In this document: in pieces, positions 19,713 to 33,620 of the stretch | Layout: every line of letters begins with the position of its first letter | Position numbering within the stretch: position 1 is the stretch's first letter | Assembly: GCA_027728805.1 (NCBI GenBank) | Contig: JAQBTN010000003.1 | Span: 2,107-66,106, forward strand | Direction: 5' to 3' | Length of the DNA: 64,000 nt | Source: Actinomycetota bacterium | GTDB taxonomy: Bacteria > Actinomycetota > Actinomycetes > Mycobacteriales > Mycobacteriaceae | The notes under the pieces: model-generated | What the model saw: the letters and a program-made list of their open reading frames with translations, nothing else | The model's database searches: none | Told to the model about the DNA's origin: nothing | Program-made: the position numbers and the translations under genes

Positions 19713-20624
19713 TCAAGTTTGCGCATCTTCGTCGTCGTCATCGTCCTCAACCGACTGCTGACCGGGCCCGCCAGGACGCGGCGTGATCCGGTACATCGCC
19801 AGGTCGGCGGGCACACCCTGCTGGCGCGGCGCGAACACCTGGCGGCGGACCCGCTTGGCCGTCACCCCGAGCGAGTCCCACTCGTCGGGGGAAATCCTCT
19901 CCAGCGTCGCCCCCGAGATGATCAGGCCACCGCGGGTCGCCCGTTCCATCACCCGGGCCGCGATGTTGACGTCCACACCCAGCCAGTCCCCCCCGATGCG
20001 CTGCGGGCGACCGGTGTGGATACCCGCCCGCATACGTGGCGTATAGCCTTCCACGTCAACGGTTTTCACGGCAGCCTGAGCCGTCAGCGTGGCGCGCACC
20101 GCAATCGCCGGATCGCGGAATGTGGCCATCATCCCGTCGCCCATCCGCTTGACGATGCGCCCGCCGGCGTCGAGCAGTGGGGGCTCTGTCACCTGGGCGA
20201 CCTGGCGCAGCAGTCGCAGGGTCGCCCCGTCACCGGCTCCCAGCGACCAGTCCGAGAACCCGACCAGGTCGGTGAAGACGACGGTCACCTCGGCGTTGAC
20301 CGGACGGCCGGAGATGCGTTCGGTGAGCGCCTGCCAGACCTGCAGAGTCGCCAGGCCGACCTCCCGGCTCGCCGCGTCGCGATCGCGAATCAACCGGTCG
20401 GCGGCCCGCGCCGCGGCTTGCGCGCCACTGTCCCCCGCCGTGGAGAGCGGGTCGCCGAAGTCGGGGTCACCGGGCAGCGCCTGCCGGGCGCGGCGGATCG
20501 CCGCGATGACGTTCGGATGGTGGTTGGTATTGCGCAGCCAGGCGACCGGTCCGCGGGCCGGGATACTGGGTTGCTCGAGGACTTCACCGGGATCGGCCGC
20601 CTCGCCGTTCACCTCGAGGTCCAC
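19713..20624 (-). CDS. Class III adenylate cyclase (Rv1647-like)
   Basis: FTDLVGFS, KRMGDG, GIHTG, VNIAAR; TAGGCT -10 six nt before GTG. Confidence 0.9.
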   Translation of the reverse strand: MDLEVNGEAADPGEVLEQPSIPARGPVAWLRNTNHHPNVIAAIRRARQALPGDPDFGDPLSTAGDSGAQAAARAADRLIRDRDAASREVGLATLQVWQALTERISGRPVNAEVTVVFTDLVGFSDWSLGAGDGATLRLLRQVAQVTEPPLLDAGGRIVKRMGDGMMATFRDPAIAVRATLTAQAAVKTVDVEGYTPRMRAGIHTGRPQRIGGDWLGVDVNIAARVMERATRGGLIISGATLERISPDEWDSLGVTAKRVRRQVFAPRQQGVPADLAMYRITPRPGGPGQQSVEDDDDDEDAQT

Positions 20625-20644
20625 CCGGCCAGCCTAGGCCAGTC

Positions 20645-21427
20645 CTACCGGCCGCGCAGTGCGCGGGCGCTCTGATAGAGGCAGATCGCCGCGGCGGCAG
20701 CAACATTGAGACTGTCGACGGCGCCCGACATGGGGATGACGATCCGGCGGTCGGCGCGCCCGGCGACCTGCTCGGGCAGGCCGCGTGACTCGGGGCCGAA
20801 CAGCCACGCCGTGCGGGCGGCAAGGATCGGCTGCGCATCATCCAGGCTGAGTTCGCCGGTCAGGGTTGTGGCGAGGATCTGCAGGCCGGCCGTCCGCAGT
20901 CGGTCCATCAGTGCAGCGGTGTCCGGTTCGGTGCAGACCGGCACCGCGACGATGCTGCCCGCCGAGGAGCGCACGCATTTACCGTTGTACGGGTCCACCG
21001 CATCACCGGCGAAGACCACCGCGCCGGCACCCAGGGCGTCGGCCAACCGGATCAGCGTCCCGGCATTACCCGGGTCGGAGATGTCGACCGCGACCACGAT
21101 CAGGGCGGGGTTGTCCGCCAGGATGTCATCGAGGCTCTCGCCCGGCAGCCTGCACACCGCCACCAGGCCGGCCGGTGTGACGGTCTCGGACAGCGCCCTC
21201 ATGGCACGGTCGGTGACCGGGCGGACCGGCAGATCGATCAGCAGCGAAAGGTAACGTTCGCCCGCCGCCTCGGTGACGAACACCACGTCTACCAGCCCGC
21301 GCCGAGCGGCCGCCTCAACCAGATTCGGCCCTTCGGCCAGGAACCTGCCGGCGGCGATCCGCTCAGTGCGGCGCTGCAGTTTGACCGCGTCAACGACGCG
21401 GGACGACCGCTCGGTAAGCGGTCTCAC
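20645..21427 (-). CDS. TrmH/SpoU family RNA methyltransferase (Rv1644/TsnR-like)
   Basis: [30 protein letters not shown]. Confidence 0.92.
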   Translation of the reverse strand: MRPLTERSSRVVDAVKLQRRTERIAAGRFLAEGPNLVEAAARRGLVDVVFVTEAAGERYLSLLIDLPVRPVTDRAMRALSETVTPAGLVAVCRLPGESLDDILADNPALIVVAVDISDPGNAGTLIRLADALGAGAVVFAGDAVDPYNGKCVRSSAGSIVAVPVCTEPDTAALMDRLRTAGLQILATTLTGELSLDDAQPILAARTAWLFGPESRGLPEQVAGRADRRIVIPMSGAVDSLNVAAAAAICLYQSARALRGR

Positions 21428-21813
21428 GCAACCTCACCGGAGGGGGCGTTCACATCCTCCGGTAGTGCGGCACGGGCAATATCGACCAGAGCGGTGAACG
21501 CGGCCGGATCGCTCACGGCGATCTCGGCGAGGTTCTTGCGGTCAACCTCGACGCCGGCGGCCTTGAGGCCCTGGATCAGTCGGTTGTAGGTCATATTGTT
21601 GGCGCGGGCGGCGGCATTGATGCGCGAGATCCACAGCTTGCGGAAATCACCCTTGCGGGCGCGCCGGTCGCGGTAGGCGTAGTTCAACGAATGCAGCTGC
21701 TGCTCTTTGGCTTTGCGGTACAGCCGGGAGCGCTGACCGCGGTAGCCCTTGGACGCCTTGAGAATCGTCCGCCGCTTCTTCTGGGCATTGACAGCGCGTT
21801 TCACGCGGGCCAT
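21424..21813 (-). CDS. rplT: 50S ribosomal protein L20
   Basis: [26 protein letters not shown]. Confidence 0.98.
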   Translation of the reverse strand: MARVKRAVNAQKKRRTILKASKGYRGQRSRLYRKAKEQQLHSLNYAYRDRRARKGDFRKLWISRINAAARANNMTYNRLIQGLKAAGVEVDRKNLAEIAVSDPAAFTALVDIARAALPEDVNAPSGEVA

Positions 21814-21868
21814 GGGGGTGTTCCTCTTCTTATTCGGATCGGCAAAGGGTCAGAGATGCTGCGGGTAC

Positions 21869-22063
21869 TCAGCCGTTCAGCATCTTGTTGACACGCTTGG
21901 TGTCATTGGCGGCCACTTCGGTGCGCCCGTCGAGGCGACGGGTCCGCTTGGAGGCCTTGTGCTCGAGCAGGTGGCGACGTCCTGCCTTCTGCCGCACGAT
22001 CTTGCCGGTGCCGGTCTTGCGGAAGCGTTTGCTTGCCCCGCTGTGGGTTTTGGCCTTGGGCAT
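21869..22063 (-). CDS. rpmI: 50S ribosomal protein L35
   Basis: [14 protein letters not shown]. Confidence 0.97.
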   Translation of the reverse strand: MPKAKTHSGASKRFRKTGTGKIVRQKAGRRHLLEHKASKRTRRLDGRTEVAANDTKRVNKMLNG

Positions 22064-22085
22064 AAGTCCTCGGGCTCCTTTTTTC

Positions 22086-22688
22086 TCAGGTCTGTTCGGT
22101 GGTGGTCTCGGGTTCGGCGGCAGGAGGTGCCGCCGGCGCTCCGCTTGCCTGCTCTGCCGCCTTGGCACGAGTCTTCGCGCCGCGGTGCGGTGCGAGCACC
22201 ATCGTCATGTTGCGGCCATCCTGCTTGGCTGACGTCTCGACGAAGCCGTGGTCGGCCACATCGGCGGCGAGTCGCTGGAGCAACCGGTACCCGAGTTCGG
22301 GCCGGGACTGCTCGCGCCCGCGGAACATAATCGTCACCTTCACCTTCGACCCCGCCTCGAGGAAGCGGACGACGTGACCCTTCTTGGTCGCATAGTCGTG
22401 CGGGTCGATCTTGGGGCGAAGCTTCTGCTCCTTGACGACGGTCTGCTGCTGGTTCTTGCGAGACTCGCGCTCCTTGAGTGCCGTCTCGTATTTGAACTTG
22501 CCGTAATCCATGATCTTGCAGACCGGCGGTCTGGCATCCGGGGCTACTTCGACGAGGTCGAGATCGGCATCCGCGGCGACGCGGAGTGCATCTTCGATGC
22601 GCACAATGCCTACCTGCTCACCACCTGGTCCGATCAGGCGGACTTCCGGTACGCGGATGCGCTCGTTGACACGGGTCTCAGTGCTGAT
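22086..22688 (-). CDS. infC: Translation initiation factor IF-3, non-canonical ATC start
   Basis: GGAGG-CCCC-ATC AGC ACT GAG ACC CGT GTC AAC GAG CGC ATC ([11 protein letters not shown]); [20 protein letters not shown]. Confidence 0.95.
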   Translation of the reverse strand: MSTETRVNERIRVPEVRLIGPGGEQVGIVRIEDALRVAADADLDLVEVAPDARPPVCKIMDYGKFKYETALKERESRKNQQQTVVKEQKLRPKIDPHDYATKKGHVVRFLEAGSKVKVTIMFRGREQSRPELGYRLLQRLAADVADHGFVETSAKQDGRNMTMVLAPHRGAKTRAKAAEQASGAPAAPPAAEPETTTEQT

Positions 22689-22964
22689 GGGGCCTCCCTG
22701 GTTCGGTTTTCATATCCGACCGCCCGGGCATACCGGAGACCACATCGGGAGAAACCACGCCATCAGCAAGAAGGCCCTGCATATCGCAGGGCCCGATGCC
22801 GACCGATCACGGCTTGCGCCGCCTGCGAAACACGCAGATCGAATACCGTCGGGTATCCGTGACCGGACCGCGCAACCCGTGAATCACATCTCATGGCCGG
22901 CGGTGGGAGCGGGACTCCACTTGCTGTCCTGGCGTGAGCCGGGACGGTCGTTCGTGAAAGTCTA
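22689..22964 (-). promoter_or_regulatory. Long structured 5' leader of infC-rpmI-rplT
   Basis: TAGACT -10 at 22959-22964; 8-bp perfect hairpin 22773-22793; AGCAAG/CTTGCT long-range pair (22920-22925 with 22765-22770); further small stems. Confidence 0.55.
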
Positions 22965-22970
22965 GCAGCC

Positions 22971-23336
22971 ATGACGCGCAAGCCTGACACCGATGAACCC
23001 GGAATCCGCGATCCCGGGGTGCGCCAGCTCGCCGACGTCCCGGCCATCGAGGTGATCAGCCGGGCCGCGGTCATGTTGATGAGCGCGGCGGCCGAGAAGA
23101 TTGGGCTGGCCTCACCCGATCCGGATGTCAGCGAGCATCGCGATCTCGACGAGGCGCGCCGGTTGATCAATGCGTTCGCCGGCCTGCTCGACGGATCGAG
23201 GGAGTTCCTGGGACCGCACGCCGCGCCGATGCGGGACGGCCTGCGAAGCCTGCAGCTGGCCTTCCGGGAGGCCAGCGCCGTGCCGGACGAGCCCGGCCAC
23301 GGTCCCGGCGAACGGCACACCGGCCCGGTGAAATAG
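22971..23336 (+). CDS. DUF1844 domain-containing protein
   Basis: RQLADVPAIEVI...RDLDEARRLI...LQLAFREAS; conserved position divergent from infC. Confidence 0.85.
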   Translation: MTRKPDTDEPGIRDPGVRQLADVPAIEVISRAAVMLMSAAAEKIGLASPDPDVSEHRDLDEARRLINAFAGLLDGSREFLGPHAAPMRDGLRSLQLAFREASAVPDEPGHGPGERHTGPVK

Positions 23337-23395
23337 GCCGGTGAAATAGGCCGCTGTGTACGCGGAGCGGTGTCGGCCGCATATCCTCACCGGCT

Positions 23396-26695
<3,300 letters not shown>

Positions 26696-26704
26696 CGTGA
26701 CGGA

Positions 26705-26830
26705 GTGTTTCGGGACCACGTTTCGCTGATGCACGGCTGGGTCCCGGTCACCGCCCAGATCCTTGGCGCCGTTCTGCTGATGGCCGGACCGTCGGCGGCA
26801 CCGGGTCCTCGGCCCTCGGGAGTACGGTGA
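26705..26830 (+). pseudogene. N-terminal remnant of an Rv1639c-like membrane esterase gene
   Basis: VFRDHVSLMHGWVPVTAQILGAVLLMA then 14 unrelated codons and a stop; lies at the syntenic Rv1639c position. Confidence 0.6.
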
Positions 26831-26835
26831 GATTC

Positions 26836-27195
26836 ATGGCCGACGAACCATCCGTGCCGGAGTCCGTCACCGCATCCGGGGATGCGACGACATCCGCCGA
26901 ACCCGATCGGAACGCTGTGCCGGCGCCTGCCGAGACGTCGCCCGTAGCGTCGACGCCGGATCTGCCCCCGGCGGCCCCGGCCGTCCCGGACACCGGCTAC
27001 ACGTTGTCGGGAGTTCCGACCCTCGAGGGTGTGCGGGACAAGATCGAGACTCGGCTGGGCAACGCCATGGGCGCCACCGAACTGGCGCAGGAAACCCCGG
27101 AAGTTCGGAATGCCACCGAGCGGTACGAGGCCCGACAACAGGCCGCCGCCGAGAAACTCGAGCAGATTCGCGCCTCGATGCACGAGCCGGACTGA
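26836..27195 (+). CDS. Rv1638A-like small protein (PspA-like helical C-terminus)
   Basis: GYTLSGVPTLEGVRDKIETR...LEQIRASM. Confidence 0.85.
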   Translation: MADEPSVPESVTASGDATTSAEPDRNAVPAPAETSPVASTPDLPPAAPAVPDTGYTLSGVPTLEGVRDKIETRLGNAMGATELAQETPEVRNATERYEARQQAAAEKLEQIRASMHEPD

Positions 27196-27261
27196 TCCCA
27201 GCGCGCTGACGGCCGCTTCAATCAACTGCCGACCGCGGTGCTCACCGGATTGCAGGTGCCC

Positions 27262-30162
<2,901 letters not shown>

Positions 30163-30168
30163 CCGCCC

Positions 30169-30191
30169 ATGCTATGCGCCCGCCCCGACAG
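30169..30191 (-). promoter_or_regulatory. RecA-NDp (PafBC-type) DNA-damage promoter of uvrA, leaderless
   Basis: CTGTCGGGG-N8-TAGCAT, 6 nt before GTG; fits tTGTCRgtg-N8-TAnnnT. Confidence 0.7.
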
Positions 30192-30207
30192 CAGTAACGT
30201 GGCGTTC

Positions 30208-30885
30208 ATGACAGTCGTCGACGACACTTACACCGGTCATGTGGAGTCCCAGACCGCAGCGCGGCGCACCCTGCCGGGGGTGAGCATCATCAAGATGTCG
30301 GTGGGCCCGATGGATAACAACGCCTACCTGCTGACCTGTGCGAAGACCGGCGAGTCACTTCTGATCGACGCCGCCAACGACCCCGCGCTGCTGGTGGATC
30401 TGGTGGCCGAACAGGCGCCGAAACTGGAGTTGATCGTGACCACCCACCAACATATGGATCACTGGCTGGCGCTGGAGGCGGTCGCGGAATCGACCGGTGC
30501 CCCCACCGCTGCCCACCCACTCGACGCCGACGCGCTGCCGGTCAAGCCTGCCCGGTTGCTGGCCGGCGGCGAGGTGCTCGAGGTCGGGGATCTCACCTTC
30601 GACGTCATCCACCTGCGTGGGCACACCCCCGGTTCGGTGGCGCTGGCATTGCGGCCCGCCGGCGAGCGGACCGCGGTGCAGTTGTTCACCGGGGACTGCC
30701 TGTTCCCCGGCGGTCCGGGGCGGACGACAACGCCGGAGGAGTTCGATTCACTGATGACCGGCCTGGAGACCTGGGTGTTCGACGTGTACGGGGATGACAC
30801 TGTCGTCTATCCGGGACACGGCGATGACACCACCCTCGGCGAGGAGCGGCCCCGACTGGCTGAGTGGCGCGAGCGAGGTTGGTAA
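30208..30885 (+). CDS. MBL-fold metallo-hydrolase, glyoxalase II-like (Rv1637c-like)
   Basis: THQHMDH, GHTPGS, TGDCLFPGG, YPGHG metal motifs; TAACGT -10 seven nt before ATG. Confidence 0.93.
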   Translation: MTVVDDTYTGHVESQTAARRTLPGVSIIKMSVGPMDNNAYLLTCAKTGESLLIDAANDPALLVDLVAEQAPKLELIVTTHQHMDHWLALEAVAESTGAPTAAHPLDADALPVKPARLLAGGEVLEVGDLTFDVIHLRGHTPGSVALALRPAGERTAVQLFTGDCLFPGGPGRTTTPEEFDSLMTGLETWVFDVYGDDTVVYPGHGDDTTLGEERPRLAEWRERGW

Positions 30886-30934
30886 CCGCGCTCAATACAG
30901 CTCCCTGGTCGGCTTCGCTGCCTAGGATTCGGGC

Positions 30935-31975
30935 GTGATCAAGGAATCTCGGGCCGTTGGTATCCACGAGCACGGCGATGCCGACGCCCTCGTGAACGGC
31001 ACGGTCGAGGTGGGAGCGCCGGGCCAGAGCGAGGTGGTGGTACGAACCAGTGCTCTCGGGGTCAATCCGGCGGACATCTACTTCCGGTCAACCCCGTGGG
31101 AGGAAATCGCGCAGTCGTTGCCTAAGCAGATTCCTTCTTCGGGATCGCTGCGAGTCGTGGGGGCCGACTTCGCCGGGGCCATCGAATCCGTCGGCACCGA
31201 AGTCCGTGGCTGGTCGGTCGGCGATGAGGTTTTCGGCTCGGCCTCGGCGATGGCCGCGACTGGGGCATCGAGCGAGTACATCGTCGTCGATGCCCGACTC
31301 CTCGCCCCTCTCCCGAAGGCCCTAAGCCCAGACCGGGCGGTGGCCTGGCCGATGGTTGGAATCACCGCGTGGGAGTCGCTGTTCGATGTCCTAAGGATCA
31401 GAACGGACGGAGCCGACAGCGGGGCTTCCTTGTTGGTCATCGGTGCTACCGGCGGAACCGGTTCGGCGGCAGTCCAACTGGGCAAGACACTGGCTGGCGT
31501 TTCTGTGACCGCAACGGCAGGTTCGGAGTCCGGCAGATCGTGGTGCTTAAGTCTCGGTGCCGACGCAGTCGTGGATCACCGCAGGCCGCTGACAGACCAA
31601 TTGCCGGACAGCACCTTCGACTTCATCGTGTGCTGTTCGTCGGCAGCGACTTACCTTGACACCATGTCGCAACTGATCGCGCCGTTCGGTCACATTTGTG
31701 CGGTCATGGCCGATCTCGATCCGGTGCCTTTCGGCGGTCTGCGCCTGCGCTCGGCCAGCTTCGGGATGGAGTTCATGGGCCTGCGTTCGATGGGGCCGCA
31801 GATAGAGAAGCACGGCGCGATCCTCACCCAGATTTCGCATCTCATCGACGAGGGTCGGCTCGCCGACCTCTCTGCCCAGCGGCTCAGCCCCATCAATGCC
31901 GACACCCTGCGTCGCGCCCACAGACTGGTCGAACAGGGCGGCCAAGGCAAAGTGACGATCTCGCAATGGCTGTAG
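30935..31975 (+). CDS. MDR-family NADPH:quinone oxidoreductase / zinc-type alcohol dehydrogenase-like protein
   Basis: GVNPAD, GADFAG, ITAWESLFD, IGATGGTGS; no Zn-binding Cys/His set; TAGGAT -10 six nt before GTG. Confidence 0.88.
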   Translation: MIKESRAVGIHEHGDADALVNGTVEVGAPGQSEVVVRTSALGVNPADIYFRSTPWEEIAQSLPKQIPSSGSLRVVGADFAGAIESVGTEVRGWSVGDEVFGSASAMAATGASSEYIVVDARLLAPLPKALSPDRAVAWPMVGITAWESLFDVLRIRTDGADSGASLLVIGATGGTGSAAVQLGKTLAGVSVTATAGSESGRSWCLSLGADAVVDHRRPLTDQLPDSTFDFIVCCSSAATYLDTMSQLIAPFGHICAVMADLDPVPFGGLRLRSASFGMEFMGLRSMGPQIEKHGAILTQISHLIDEGRLADLSAQRLSPINADTLRRAHRLVEQGGQGKVTISQWL

Positions 31976-32000
31976 GAACACCGGTCACCAGCGACCCCCG

Positions 32001-32184
32001 GTTCCCGGGCGGCCCTGGGCGGACAACAAATCCGGCGGAGTTCGACTCACTCATGACCGGCTTGGAGACCGAGGTGTTCGGGGTCTACGGCGACGACACC
32101 GTCGCCTACCCGGGTCATGGCGACGACACCACGTTGGGCGAAGAGCGGCCTCGGCTCGCGGAGTGGCGCGAGCGCGGCTGGTGA
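32001..32184 (+). repeat. MBL 3'-end copy 1 (type A, intact frame, 60 codons)
   Basis: FPGGPGRTTNPAEFDSLMTGLETEVFGVYGDDTVAYPGHGDDTTLGEERPRLAEWRERGW, 55/60 aa identical to the active C-terminus. Confidence 0.97.
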
Positions 32185-32939
32185 TCGCCCGACGGGTGTT
32201 CGACGCGCACCTGCACATCATCGACCCCCAGTTCCCGTTACAGGAGAACAACGGCTACCTGCCGCCGAAGTTCACCGTCGATGACTACCTCAACTGCATC
32301 GCGCACCTCGGCATCAAGGGCGGTGCTGTCGTCTCCGGCTCGTTCCAGGGCTTCGACCAAACCTACCTCCAAGCGGCACTGGCTGCGCTGGGGCCGACGT
32401 TCGTCGGAGTCACTCAAATTCCCCACGAGACAGCCGACGCCGAGATTCAACGCCTGGACTCAGTCGGCGTGCGTGCAGTCCGATTCAACGTCCGCCGGGG
32501 CGGCTCCGCCGACCTGGGCCACCTTGATCGCCTCGCCCGCCGTGTCCACGAGATTGCAGGCTGGCACGTCGAGCTTTACATCGACTCCCGCCAACTGCCC
32601 GATCTGCACGCAACCTTGTCGAAGCTACCTGCGGTGGCCATCGACCACCTGGGCTTGAGTTCTGAGGGACTCCCGCACCTCCTTCGCCTCGTCGAGGTAG
32701 GCGCGAGGGTGAAAGCCACCGGGTTCGGACGGATTGACCTAGACCCCGCCGACGCGATGCGTCGCATCCTCGACATCAACCGCCATGCCCTCGTCGTGGG
32801 CACCGATCTTCCTTCAACCCGCGCGCCACGACCGTTCAGCGACGACGACCTCACCTCGCTCGCCGACTTCCTTGACCCTCGGGAATTGGAGGACACACTC
32901 TGGAACAACGCAGCCACGCTCTACCGGCTGGATCAGTGA
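32181..32939 (+). CDS. Amidohydrolase family protein (Amidohydro_2, 2-pyrone-4,6-dicarboxylate lactonase-like)
   Basis: FDAHLH, AVRFN, IDHLG, GTDLPSTRA; GTG overlaps the TGA of copy 1. Confidence 0.88.
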   Translation: MIARRVFDAHLHIIDPQFPLQENNGYLPPKFTVDDYLNCIAHLGIKGGAVVSGSFQGFDQTYLQAALAALGPTFVGVTQIPHETADAEIQRLDSVGVRAVRFNVRRGGSADLGHLDRLARRVHEIAGWHVELYIDSRQLPDLHATLSKLPAVAIDHLGLSSEGLPHLLRLVEVGARVKATGFGRIDLDPADAMRRILDINRHALVVGTDLPSTRAPRPFSDDDLTSLADFLDPRELEDTLWNNAATLYRLDQ

Positions 32940-32952
32940 CTAGCGATTCCCG

Positions 32953-33136
32953 GTTCCCCGGCGGCGTCGGAAAGACCTGGGAGGAAGGCGGTTTCGAGCA
33001 ACTGCTGGGCGACGTGTCCAGCCGGCTGTTCGATGCCTACGGTGATGACACCGTCGTCTACCCGGGCCACGGCGACGACACCACCCTGGGCGCGGAGCGT
33101 CCACACCTGGCGCAGTGGCGCGAGCGCGGCTGGTAG
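32953..33136 (+). repeat. MBL 3'-end copy 2 (type B, intact frame; ORF 32936-33136)
   Basis: FPGGVGKTWEEGGFEQLLGDVSSRLFDAYGDDTVVYPGHGDDTTLGAERPHLAQWRERGW. Confidence 0.97.
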
Positions 33137-33217
33137 CAACCCGTCAGCGGCGCGAGCTTGCGGCGGTCTGAGCCAGCCCCTCGACGAATAAAGAGAGACT
33201 CACCGGCGTCAGTCCGA

Positions 33218-33505
33218 TCACCCGATAGGTGGTCCCGCGGGAATAACCAGACCGCCCCCCGCCGTGACTACGGGGCCACCGTCGAGCGCCGGAGCGACGG
33301 CAATTTGGGGTGGCCCGCCGTCGGCTGGCACTACGACGTCACCGGGCTGGTAGCCGCCGTCACCAGAGTTCATCATGCAATCAAGAGAGGTCGGGTCAAA
33401 CATGCAGTCGTCGGCAAGGCTGGTCGGTGCTAGTGCAACTCCGACCAATGGCAGTGCGGCAAGCGTGAGACCGGCGGCCACACGGCGGTAACGGGAGGTA
33501 TTCAT
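33218..33505 (-). CDS. Small secreted hypothetical protein, 95 aa
   Basis: Signal peptide ending SLA-DD, two Cys, Gly/Pro-rich; TATCAT -10 six nt before ATG. Confidence 0.75.
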   Translation of the reverse strand: MNTSRYRRVAAGLTLAALPLVGVALAPTSLADDCMFDPTSLDCMMNSGDGGYQPGDVVVPADGGPPQIAVAPALDGGPVVTAGGGLVIPAGPPIG

Positions 33506-33620
33506 ATTCAGATGATAGGGGCTGTGACCTGCTCGGGAGCGGGGTTCGCAGATGACGCAACATGGTCGAGTCGAAGTCGTCGGCCGTGAAACACGCTGTG
33601 GTGGAGGTGGTGCCGCTGGC

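Noticed and set aside
33561-33578. Possible inverted MBL tail remnant (minus strand GACTTCGACTCGACCATG vs GAGTTCGACTCACTCATG)
   Set aside because: Only 14/18 identity with no supporting flanks; plausible by chance.
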